A stretch of DNA of 64,000 nt. It comes from Antedon mediterranea (lineage: Eukaryota > Animalia > Echinodermata). The notes under the pieces are model-generated. The model was not told the DNA's origin and made no database searches. It worked only from the letters and a program-made list of their open reading frames with translations. This document shows, in pieces, positions 1 through 12,400 of this stretch. The translations under genes were made by a program, and so were the position numbers. The stretch spans positions 8,804,001 through 8,868,000 of the forward strand of contig NC_092673.1 of the NCBI RefSeq assembly GCF_964355755.1, in the 5' to 3' direction. Every line of letters begins with the position of its first letter. Within the stretch, counting starts at the first letter, position 1.

Positions 1-344
1 GGCCGAGATTGTCGGCGGCCGAGATTGTCGGCGGCCGAGATTGTCGGCGGCCGAGATTGTCGGCGGCCGAGATTGTCGGCGGCCGAGATTGTCGGCGGCC
101 GAGATTGTCGGCGGCCGAGATTGTCGGCGGCCGAGATTGTCGGCGGCCGAGATTGTCGGCGGCCGAGATTGTCGGCGGCCGAGATTGTCGGCGGCCGAGA
201 TTGTCGGCGGCCGAGATTGTCGGCGGCCGAGATTGTCGGCGGCCGAGATTGTCGGCGGCCGAGATTGTCGGCGGCCGAGATTGTCGGCGGCCGAGATTGT
301 CGGCGGCCGAGATTGTCGGCGGCCGAGATTGTCGGCGGCCGAGA
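1..344. repeat. 16-bp tandem repeat (GGCCGAGATTGTCGGC)n, ~21.5 copies, runs off the left edge
   Basis: Perfect head-to-tail copies read directly; explains the three repetitive ORFs at 9-375. Confidence 0.97.
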
Positions 345-509
345 TGGATCTAACCCGATAGCCTCTACTAGCTAGGCCTAGGGCCAGGCTAGGCCTAGGC
401 CCTATCTAACTAGGCCTAGGCCTCTAGGCCTAGGCCTAGGCTAGTTAGTAGGCTAGGCTAGGCCTAACTAAGATGTTGTTAATATAGTAAAATATGCTAG
501 GCTACTCAC

Positions 510-584
510 TCTTCCTAATAAAACAGGTACATTATGAATACTTAAATCAAAATGTAAATTTTGCAATTCTTCAAGATCCACCAT
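510..584 (-). CDS. Putative first coding exon of an unidentified gene divergent from ZGPAT (MVDLEELQNLHFDLSIHNVPVLLGR)
   Basis: Minus-strand ATG at 584, 25 open codons, then consensus donor AGA|GTGAGT at 509-504; no homology recognised. Confidence 0.3.
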
Positions 585-753
585 TGCAACACAACATTGA
601 AATAATAACAAAAATATGCTGAAAAATGCATTCGCCATATTCCCCAGTAGCTGCTATATTATGGTGTGCTGCTGCGCTCTGCTGGGGGATTTGGTAAGCC
701 GAAGATTAAATAGCCGAAGGCTAGATTGCAATGACCAATGTTATAGCAGTTCA

Positions 754-1127
754 AAAAGTGATTCTCCATGGAGAGGAAACCAACAAGATGGCGGCTGCAA
801 ATCGACCAGTCAGATATGCCCTACGCGGGTACGCACTACTACGCCTGTGTTGAGCCTCCTGCGTGTGAGAACGATACGCAACGCAGCGCGTTAAGCGTAT
901 AAACGCGATCAAACGCATTATATATGATCCTCGTATACAAAAAATGCTAGATTTATACCAAGAAATTATTCATTCTATTGCGATTAAGAATTAATTTTAT
1001 AAAAATTTTACTGTGCTTTTACAAGAATATGTGTTGTAATTTATATTAAATAATGTTTTTGAACACATTTTTACCATTTACGGCCGCCATCTTGTTGGTT
1101 CCCCTCCTGCATGTTGGAATCACTTTT
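754..1127. mobile_element. MITE-like element with ~50-bp imperfect inverted ends containing the YY1-type motif CAAGATGGCGGC
   Basis: AAAAGTGATTC..GAAACCAACAAGATGGCGGC (754-795) is the inverse of GCCGCCATCTTGTTGGTTCC..GAATCACTTTT (1083-1127). Confidence 0.6.
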
Positions 1128-1232
1128 CAGTCTGGAGTACGCCCTCTAGCTTTTGGCTTACAGCTCACTGGTAAGAACTCAATATGGGACGCGGGCATAT
1201 GGAACGCCTCTTCTGCCTTCAGTTCACATTTA

Positions 1233-1650
1233 TCATGCAGTACACACCAATCGTCATGCAGTACACACCAATGGTCATGCAGTACACAATAGTCATGCAG
1301 TACAAACCAATGGTCATGCAGTACACACCAATCGTCATGCAGTACACACCAATGGTCATGCAGTACACACCAATGGTCATGCAGTACACACCAAACATCA
1401 TGCAGTACACACCAAACATCATGCAGTACACACCAATCGTCATGCAGTACACACCAATGGTCATGCAGTACACATCAATCATCATGCAGTACACACCAAA
1501 CATCATGCAGTACACACCAAACATCATGCAGTACACACCAATCGTCATGCATGCAGTAGCCTACACACCAATGGTCAAGCAGTACACACCAATGGTCATG
1601 CAGTACACACACCAATCGTCATGCAGTAGGCCTACGCACCAATCGTCATG
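1233..1650. repeat. 21-bp minisatellite, consensus CATGCAGTACACACCAAT(G/C)GT, ~20 copies
   Basis: Read directly; gives the spurious HAVHTN/MQYTP repeat ORFs. Confidence 0.95.
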
Positions 1651-1771
1651 GAGTCAAATATTGCGTAATTTATACCGATACCTATAGACAAAATCGATTG
1701 TCACGTGACGTTTATTAGACAGCTGTAAAACTAAGGCTATTCAAACTTTATACTACAACAACTCCGCTGTC

Positions 1772-1871
1772 TACTACTACACCGCACGTGCTTTACGTCC
1801 TATAGATTCCAAGATTTCTTTAATAGTTTTGCCAGCCATTTCATTCATAAAGCACGTGCGGTGTAGTAGTA
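1772..1871. repeat. 24-bp perfect inverted repeat with ~52-bp spacer (mini-MITE/hairpin)
   Basis: TACTACTACACCGCACGTGCTTTA (1772-1795) and its reverse complement (1848-1871). Confidence 0.8.
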
Positions 1872-1889
1872 TACAATAGTATACCTATA

Positions 1890-2325
1890 GGCTACTTGAC
1901 TATGCTTCATCAGCTTGGTTTCATGGAATTAGTCAAGAGTTTAAAAACAAATTACTAACCACCCAAAACAAATTAGTTAGATTTATTTCAATCCTTGAAG
2001 CCAGAAGCCATGTTGGATACTCTGCTCACTAATCTTGGAATGTTGAAGGATGAAATCGTGTAAGGTATCTACGTCTTAGCCATGTTTACCATTTTTAAAC
2101 AAGTATGTCCAAAATACATGACTACTATTAATTTTAGACGCATTAGTGATACTCATGGGCATCATACCAGATTAGTTCCACAAACTTTAGAGTTCCACAT
2201 TGGCAGATTTAATAAAACTTTTTATTTTAATGGAATAAGGAATTGGAACTCGCTACCATCTCAAATTAAACAGTGCCATACTTTAAATAAATTCAAGTAA
2301 AAGCGTATTTATCTATTTATATTGT
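1890..2325 (+). mobile_element. Decayed 3' fragment of a CR1/L2-group LINE ORF2
   Basis: Translates to LDYASSAWF..TTQNKLVRFI and KTFYFNGIRNWNSLPSQIK..LNKFK, typical ORF2 C-terminus. Confidence 0.7.
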
Positions 2326-3420
2326 TGTGGCTTAAATGATGTCATTACATTGTTCAAAATATATTATATATATGCTTGTGTTGTTATACAATGTCATAAT
2401 TTTTAATTTGATACTAAAACTTGACATGTTTATTGTAACTGCGGCCTCACTGGCCACTTCTTTGAGTTGAGATAATATATAAGAGAGAAGACGGAAGGCT
2501 TTTAATCATGCCACAATCGAGATAATATATTGTATAACTTCTCAATATAGTAGTGTGTAACCTCTCAATACAGTAGAATAATATTACGCTGGCATCGTCT
2601 CAACGTCGCATGGCATTTAAGCAAATCAACCCAGGTGGTGAGCATACGTTCAACAATGATTACGTAATCATTAGCTCAGTTACGCATACTGCCGTTTCAT
2701 TTTTCACAAAGTTATGTAGGCCTAATATATTTATATAATGGGCATGGCTTAAGTAATGGCATCATTATATTGTTCAAATTATATTTTATATAGTTCCGTG
2801 GTTTTGTACATGTCATAAGCTTTAATTTAATACCAAACATGCCAAAATAATTTGATTTCTTTTTTCCCACGAAGTTATGCAATATAATGGGTGTCGCTTT
2901 GATGACGTCATTATATTGTGAAATTATATTTTTTTTGGTAATGGTATTGTACATGTCATAAGCTTTAATTTGATACCAAACTTGACATATGCCGGGGCTG
3001 GCCTACAACAAAAATCTGAAATCACAAAACTACCTCTGATTTTAAATACTGCGGCACGTCACTTGCACCAATTTGTCAATGACATTCGCAAAATGAACTT
3101 AATTTTAAATTTTATTTTTAGCAAGTGTGCTCTGTTTTCCCGCCACTTTCAAGTTAAGTAAAAATAAAAAAAACAACCTAACCCAACCTAACCCCATAGG
3201 ACACGATTTAAAAATGTTAACAACATGATCTGGTTATATTATACTAGAAATACTTTTGGGATAAATAAAACACATTAAAAAATATACCTCAGAGGAATGC
3301 ATGGGAACCCCCATTTCCTCCTCTACTAAAAGGGCTGAATAGGAAAAGAGCCGAAGAAGGCAGTAAGGGCGTTCCATAGGTGTGATGTCTAAATAACTCA
3401 TCATCAACAAAATAACTTGG

Positions 3421-3468
3421 ATGGACGAAAGGAGTTTAGACAGTTCAATAAAACTGTATAAAAGTCAA
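3421..3468 (+). CDS. ZGPAT: ZGPAT coding exon 1
   Basis: MDERSLDSSIKLYKSQ then GTAAGT donor. Confidence 0.88.
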
Positions 3469-6400
3469 GTAAGTAAGGCTAGCCTAGGTAACCTATTTAG
3501 GTCGAAAAAATGGCTATTATATAAGCCATGGCATTATATAAGCTAGCCTGGCCCTAGTAGTAGGCCTAGCCTAGTCTAATCGCTTAGTTCGTCCAAGCCT
3601 AGCCTAGCCTAGGCTAGGCCTAGACGGTTTACGATGAAATCGCAGCCCTCGAAATTGGGACGAAATGACCTCGGCAAAAAAATGCCGACGTAAACGAAAC
3701 CCACCTCGGCAACACGTCGGCATTTTTTTTGTTCAGCCCCCAAAGCTATTTTTAGTATTCAATCACACACACATTAACTGTACTGTACCTAAAAATAGCT
3801 GTGTTATAATCATGGAGTAAACTCCATGGTTATAATGTACAGCGCATTTGCGGCGCGGCTTAACCACGCAAACAAACCACGTGGTTTTCAATCCCCAATA
3901 CAAGTTGGACTTTTCCATTCTCTCAGATCAGCCAAGTACCAATAAGTCATGTGATTTGTCATGCCTCACTAAACTCACATCATACGACGATAGAGCTGCT
4001 GAGCGTGGTTCGTTGTTGTTGTAAACGCCGGAGCGGTCTAGGCCTAGGCCTAATAATAGCTCCAACGTACAGTACAAATATTTAAAGATATATTTAATTC
4101 ACTTGTAACGAAGGTAAATTTGAAAAAAACTGTAATACAGTAGGCATAAAACTATCTATTTGCTGTGTATGTGGTAGCCTTGATTTTACTCCAAGGCCTA
4201 AATCAATAAAAAGAGCCTCGGCAAATCAATGCCGTGGTAAGCTAGCAGGACCTCGGCATTTACCTCGGCATTGCCGAATGCCGAGGTAAATTTCGCGGGC
4301 TGAAATCGGTCGCGTCTAAAATCAATTTCCGGTATTTTGTATGGCGCGCCGCTAGAGCTATACGTTTGATGATATCGGTCGCGTTTGAAATTGGTCGCGC
4401 TATTTTGTATGCAGCGAGATTCATGCCAGCGGGATTCATGCCAGCGGGATATACATTTTCTTCGTTTAGGCCTAGGCTATATAGATTTAATTGATATTTT
4501 TTAGGAACTAGATTATTTATGTGCATATTTTTTATTTGGTTAATAAATATTTATTATCAATCATTATTTTTTATTTTACAGGTCTCGGAGAGGGACTGTG
4601 TCTTTTTAAAATGGCCATTTCTAAACACGTTTAAAATATTATAATTTATATTAGGCATATAATAATTTACCTTTTATTTTATTATGTACTGTACGAATTA
4701 ATATATTATAAAGAGAATATACGTCTGTGTCTTTTATTATGCAAACAATTACGTAAAAGTGAACAATTTATTTAAAAACAATAATTGTTACAATGTATAG
4801 TCCGTAAAAAGCCAGCGTATCTATTTTTATACTTATGCATACTGTGGCAGATAAATCATATCCATGTCGTTAACAACATACTATTCGATCACCTTATTTT
4901 TATTTCTATTTTATTTATGTCCGTACGTTATGTAGGATAATGATATTAATGATATATAATGAATTATTGTTGTTGAGGCAAATCACGTGTATATTTTTAT
5001 TTCTAATGTTTAAAATAATTTCTAGTAAAAATTATTATTATGTGGATTGTTAAAAGGCAAGTTACTGAAATAAACCCCCAAATCAGCCTATGATCGCGCA
5101 GCCGTTAAACTATACGTTATTTTGCTGACGAGAATTCCCATTTTTAAAAAAACATGCACTAGTGTGTAAAATAATGGACAAAACACGTACGATTGTTGTC
5201 CATGGCCAGGTAAAGATGACGTATAGGCCTATTACTAATAACCATACGTTTGAAACATCTATAGTATAGGCCTCCTGCACATGTTTTTGTGAAACCTAGT
5301 TCCATGTGAAACGATGTATATAATTTACGTATATACGTCGGCGATATTATAGTTTTTAATTTGAATATCTTTTATTTCTTCATTTATAATAATCATTTTA
5401 TGTAAATAATAAACCTACTGTATAGGCTCGGTAGATTGATTTTAACGGCATATAATTATCTATATATTTTATTATTATCCCAAAACCATGCTCACGTCAG
5501 AGTGGCGGATATCGAAAGAAAAAATCATCGTCATGCATCGTCTTCCTTTATTGAGCTGGTATCCACTTGCCGGTATAGAACGAGTTTCGTAATTAACTGT
5601 GATTAAAAAATACGCAATAGGCGCCTCTACTTGTTTAACTATTAAATTATTTCAACATTTTCAAAACTTTAGTCAGTAGCATGCCAATCTTTTCAAAAAC
5701 TGAAACAATATTCAATAAAACATTTTTAAAACGATTTTTTCTAAACGAACACATTACAATTATTCATTGACACTCACATTCAAAAAATGAAAACACAAAT
5801 TATTTATAAATATTGAGATAAATATTTATATTTACTGTACTTAAAAAATAAAGATCAAGGTAAAAAAAATGTCAATAAATTAGTATTAATTATTAGAAAT
5901 TTCAATATTCAAAATTAACTAAAGCGTTTTCATTAAAAATGTATCTAGTGCGCCCCATACAAATTAGCGCGACCAAAATAAAACACGACCGATATCAAAC
6001 GTAACTAATGTGATAAAAAGCGTATCTAGCGGCGCTCCATACAAAATACCGGATGTTGATTTTATTGCGACTGATTTCAAGCGCGACCGATTTCATCTGA
6101 CACCGCCTAAACGAATCGGGGCCAAGGACGGTGATCAGACGATCGGGGCCACGGACGATCGGTGTCATCATAGAGATCGGGCCTATTTTTGTATGTGCCC
6201 GATCGTTTTATACGTTTTTGCCCAATCGATCGTCTTAGGCGTTGGGCCAGAAATTCCACAAATTTGGACCCGATAGGATAGTATTAACATTGGGCCCGAT
6301 AGCCAAGTAGGCTAGCCTTCTCGGCAAAACAAATAAATGAGTATAGAAATGTACATAGTTTATTACATTTGTATCACAAACTCGTGGAAAGAACACCCTT

Positions 6401-9400
6401 ATTTTATGGTGAACAAATATAAATCCATATATTTTTATAATGGGCCGATCGTCTAATTATATTGGCCTCATCGTCTTAGGCATTGAGCCCGAACGTCCGC
6501 ACGCGTTTGTAAAAAAAGTCCGATCGTCTGGCCCCGATTGTCTGTCAATCCCAAGGACGATCTGGGTCAGACGATCAGGCTTTTTTTAAGACGATCAGGT
6601 GTACCAACGCGAGTGGATGTTTGGGCCCAACTTTGTGGACGTTCAGGCTCAACTGTGTGGACTTTCGGGTCAATATAATTAATTAACGGTTGCAGGCCCA
6701 TTATAAAAATAAAGGAAAGACGATCAGGTCCAAGAAAACGATTTGGATTTCATTGATGTTCACCATAAAATAAATTAAATGTGTTTTTTCCATGAGTTCG
6801 TGATCCCATGATACAAAATAATGTAATAAACTATGTACTTGTTTGAGGAAGAGTATCCATGGTGACAGTAGAATCTCTTTGTTGGGACACCTTCTATAAT
6901 ATATTCAGAGGACACTTTCCCACAAAACAAATGGATATTAAGGGGACAGGGACACATGCAATATAATTTACCTACAGTAGGCCTAGCTACAGTATGTCTA
7001 GTAATTAGGCGGGTGCTGGTCAACCTGTACCAAAACCATTCCATATCCAGTATTGCTTTCATTTTCATTGAGTTTACAGATATTTCAAAGTGAAGGAATA
7101 CTTAAATAGTTCCAAATATTTGTTATACAATCTGGTTTTTTTAAAATAATTTGTCAGAGTACTGTTATCAGCGAATTAGTATATAACAACTTATTAATGC
7201 AGAAAAACTAGACCACAATTTAATTACAAAAGTAGAAAATAAGATAATAACAAAGCTCCCACAATTGCAAAATATCAAAACCTTTGAAAGAAAGACAAAC
7301 AAACACAAACAAAATGGATCCAAATGGTTTGATATTTTGTTGAAAATCAAAACAACTTACCGCTTTGTTTGCCAAAATTACGGTAAAGAATTCATTAAAC
7401 AATAACAATGTGCGACAATATAAGGAATAGTTTGGTATTTAGACTTTTGTGTCCGCACGCATTATATAATTTTGACTACCACCAATATGTGCAATTTATC
7501 GTTGATTTTAAGTCTGTAAACAGCTGTAGTTTTATTATTACATCTTAATTCTATCAATTATCAATTCATATTTTATCATTGAAATATTTTAAACTGCCGA
7601 CTGATTGTGACAGAGTTCAACGTTGTCACTTTCTGATGCACACCCTAGATTAATATTCACACAGCACAATTTTTATAGCGCTTTTAATTTCGTAAAGTCC
7701 AATATCCAGTATTGCTTTAATTATATATCTTGGTATTTCAAAGGGCCTGTTTCTGCTGCAACTGCTCAAAATACGGTATAAAGTACGGTATTTTTTATAC
7801 CATATTTTTTAGTACCCCGTTTCTGCTAACAATACTTCTTGGGTGCTCGTGTTAAATTTCATAATTTTTACCCAAATTGCCATTCATTTATTTGGTCGAT
7901 AATTAAAAGTCGCAATAAAGGAAGTTTTACGTCTCACTTTCAACAGTCTAGCCCTATAGTGATAAAGATGTTGTGAGAGCCCAGAAAACATCGTAATGGG
8001 GACAAGTAATTCGTTCCCTCCCCGAGTTATTGTCTTTTGCATTGTTGTACTGCTTCGCAGGCTCTTCAGCTTTGAATTTACTTGCTTTGGAGACAAGTCT
8101 ATTCCGTACTCCTGCTGCTTTATTTTTTTAGAAATGTCTTTATAAATGCGGTTGTACCTTTTGTTACCTTTTAGTTGGCCGGACATTTTAGCTTCCCCAC
8201 CCTCTCCTTCCCCACACAGATGTATATAGTAAATACTGTGACGTCTTCGCTCCACATTTTCGCCGAATATATCTATACATGTGTGTAAAACAGCTGACAG
8301 CGACAGAAAATAAAAACACGATGTTGACCTCATGTCACAGGTAAAAAAAAAATTACGGTATTTTTTATTGGCAGCAGAAAAGGGTACAAAAAATACGGTA
8401 TAAATTTGTAAATACCGTATTTTATCCACAAATTTTGTGGGGAAAATACGGTATACAAAATACGGTATATTTTTTATGAGCGCAGTTTCTGCTGCCAAAA
8501 AAATACGGTATATATACGGTATTCAAAAAATACCGTATAAAATACGGTATTTTTTTGGCAGCAGAAACAGGGCCAAAGTGAAGGAACCGGTCGTGAATAA
8601 CAAAATAAATTGCTGTAGTGTAAATATAAAGAGTCAGAACACTCGTCAAGCAACAATGTTGTTACATAAATTCATTAGCTTTCATAGTAAGTTGAAAAAA
8701 TGGTGGGTCACCGTTTATCCTGAAGCGCTATAATAGATTTAAAATAGGCATATTTTTTATAAATTTGCATTGAATTAGCAATTTTTAAGGACATGGTTTT
8801 TAAAGTTATAAGACTTCATGTGTGTCGTTATTCTGCAATTAAAGTTCATAAATCTATCACAGAAGGTATGAAGAGTATAAAAGCGTACACGCGCAATGTA
8901 AAAGAAAATGTAATCAATTCGTGACTATAACTTTAAATTCAAAGGAGCTACAACTGATTGAAATTTACTGTAAAGATAAAATTAAGTGGCCCACGTTATT
9001 TTTTTTTTTTTTATTAAAAATGTGTAACTCTAGTCTTATAACAGATAATAATTGATTGAGTAAAAAATATTAAAATCTGAGAAACGGATAAAAGCGAGAT
9101 ACGCTCTATTAAATATAATGAGCTATGACAAATACGCATGAATTCATATCTTCAGTACAACTGATCTGCTTGCATATTAAATTTAAAATTGGGGTCACCA
9201 TTGATCCTGAGCTATAATTTAATTGATGAAAAATAGGCATGATTTTGACAATATTTTGTACATTTTTTCAACTAAAACGCATGAATAATGTCTAACTCAA
9301 TGTGTTCCTATGGCGTGATTTAAAATGGAAATGGTCTTAATTTCTCTAAATTACTAGGAAAGAGAAAAAAACATGTTTTTCATACTCTGTGTTTTTCATA

Positions 9401-12400
9401 TTGCACACGTAAATAAGTTTATTCGTGTGGGAATTTTTTACATTTACAGTAATCATGAATGTCAAACTTGCGCAAGTCACATTGTGCAACTCTGAAAAAA
9501 TTGAAAAAAAAGATGTGCATGTTAATATTGATACTGTATGTTGACAAAGTTACGAAATGTTCTGATTACACGTTTTAGAGATACGCGAGACACAAAAATC
9601 CTATAGGGTGGATAACTAAAAAAGGTTATTATTAGCCTATTCTACCTTTGGCGCTTAAACTAACACTGACACAATTATTGTTTGTTAATGTTAATATGCT
9701 TTTGTTTGTGTTTTTTTTTTCTAGTTAGAACAAGTTGAGGCTGCTCTAACCAGCGCATCAGATGTGGACAAGAATGACCTTTTACAACTACAAACTGATC
9801 TTCGAGACGCCCTTCAGTTAACTGAAGGTATCATTTTCATTTAAAACCACATTCCCTACGTTTTTTTCAATCTGAATTTGATCATTGTTATGCAGTCGTA
9901 AAGCCATACCCTGTCCGGTCTTCATCCGGTTAAAAAATCAGAATTCACCACACTACTGTTACATTTTATCGACTAAAATCTATTTAGATGTTTGTAATAC
10001 ATAATAAAGCACTTAGTTTAGAAATACATGCAAGATACCTTCCTATTCCTTCATTGCTTTAATATACTGTATATTATTATACAAATAATGAATGTTTATG
10101 AGTGTACAAATAATGGCATGAGGTGAATGTGAATAACAATCAATCCCAGGCCTAGCCAGGCTAAAGCGCCTAGGCCTACTGTAGCCTATTACTAACTTGC
10201 CTAGTTAGGCAGAAAGGGTAGAAAGACAGCGATATCATTACGAAATTTGCCAGGCAACTGGAACTTATCTAGGCTAATTCTGTTTTGTTTTCAATGATTC
10301 CATGTCTTGTAGAGATGTTCCCATTAATATTTTTCAAATGTGATAAGATTTTTTTTTTACATGAAAAAAGGTGCTATTGAATGACCGTTTTATAGTGCGT
10401 ACTATTGCACGCCATGTGACCCACAGTCGTCCAACCAAATGACAGGAATTTATTTAGGTGTTATATAAAATACTTTATTGCACAATTGATACTTTCAGAA
10501 AGTTTACTGTCACTGAAGAAAAGCAAGTTACTGGACTTTCTGGATGATGTATCTGGAACATCGTCTAGACAACAGTTGGGTAATACAGAAGATGAATTCA
10601 ACGCTGAACTGGAGGCTTTCAGGGTAACTTATTCCTGTTCATTTCACAATAAATTAATTTTTAATTGCATTTAATATAATAATTTGACAAATATAAAAGA
10701 AACAAGATCCAGGAAAACTCATAATTAAAACGTGTGCTCCAAACAATAACTTCCAATTATGTTTGAGATACAGTAGATCAGGCGTGCAGTTGATTGTTGT
10801 CTTTAAAAACAATTGAAAATCATATTTCATCATTGGTAATGAAATTGACATAACTAATTTACACTACTGTTATTGAAATCATAACATTTTTATCTAAGCA
10901 GTAAATGATTGTGAAAAGAAAGATCTTTATTGACATCGAACATAAATTCTGATGTTAAGTAAATTGTTGTGTTTTTCAATATATTTTACCATGTTCATTT
11001 TAACTTTAAGTTTAATTACCTCCGCCAAGGAGGTTATATTTTCACCCATGTTTGTGTATGTGTGTGTGTCTGTGAACAGCCTGGAGCCACAGTTTTTATC
11101 CGATTCTCACCAAATTTAGCCACAATGATATATGCTCCAAAAGCTCGGATGAGTTCGAATTTGAAGGGAAAAGGTCATAGGTCAAGGTCACAACTAACAA
11201 AAAACTATTTTACTGCCTATAGAGACCACAGTTTTTATCCGATTCTCACCATACTTAGCCACAAAGATCAATGAGTCATCATATAATTGTGGTTAAATTT
11301 TGAAGGGTCAGAGTCAAAGATCATGGTAAAAAAAAAATAATAATAAAAAAACTCAGCGGGACTTGAACCAGCGATCTCAACTGTGAGAGGCTGGATACAT
11401 AACAATTACATCAAACTCTCATCCACAACTTTGTAATGTGCAGTTAGCCTATTGGGTAGTAACAAAGTGCGAGGCACGCGAGGCAGGGAAGGCATGCGAG
11501 GCAAGTCAGAAATTTATGCGAGGCATTGTTTTACCATCATCAAAAAATGCGAGGCATCATTTTATCATTTCTCAAAATTGCAAGGCAGGAAATCACCGAA
11601 ATTGAAGTAGCCTAGGCCCAGGCCCGCTAGGCTAGTTTCCTTTTGCACCTGCCTTGTATTTTAACCAAGGCTTTATCCTGAATACCACAGCTTAGAATTA
11701 GTAGGCCTACTTTAATGAAGAAAAATCACATAAAAGTAACAATAAATCCATTAAATTGGTGATTTTACAGACGTTGTTTTTCTCGCATTTCGCACACTCA
11801 ATGTTCAATATTTTGGTTTCTATGGAACGCCAAAAGAGCAAAATTAATTAGAGGGCTAAAAAAACTGTGGAATCCATTTATATTTAACGCATTATTTGGT
11901 GAAAATCAAGTACAATTTCAATAGATTTTGTCACTGTCAGTAAGGAAAAATGTTACTGTTGATAATGTACACGGTTTCGTTAACCTTTTAAAGAATAAAA
12001 TAGAAAAATTCATCATAATATCCTTAGTAGGATGTCCTAGGTCTAGACTAGGTAGTGATGTTGATTTAGGATCGATTATTATTCTTTGAAAACAGAACAG
12101 TATCAGCAGTAACATATTACAACATTTTTATTGACAAATTAACAAATATATTGAAATAAAACGTGTTTTTCACCAATAAATGCATGAGAAATTGACGCAT
12201 TCCACTGAGTTTTAGTCCTCTATTATCGTTGCTCTTTTGGCGCTCCATAGAAACAAAAATATTGAACATTGAATAAGTGAAATTCGCGAACAGTGTGCGA
12301 GAAACACGCCTGTAAAATCATTAATTTAAGGATTTATTTGTTACTTTTTATGTAATTCTTTCATTAGAGTACTCATGAGGTATACTTCTAAGGTGTGGTA

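Noticed and set aside
1-375. Three repetitive ORFs (SAAEIVGGRDCRRPRL)n; CRISPR-like appearance
   Set aside because: By-product of a stop-free 16-bp tandem repeat; no spacers, no cas genes, eukaryotic context
1153-1687. His-rich (HAVHTN)n and (MQYTP)n ORFs
   Set aside because: Open in several frames and on both strands because of a 21-bp minisatellite; no splice or homology support
7884-8498. 204-aa minus-strand ORF as a host gene
   Set aside because: Lies within the TIRs of a Harbinger-like element; the N-terminal half translates subterminal repeats
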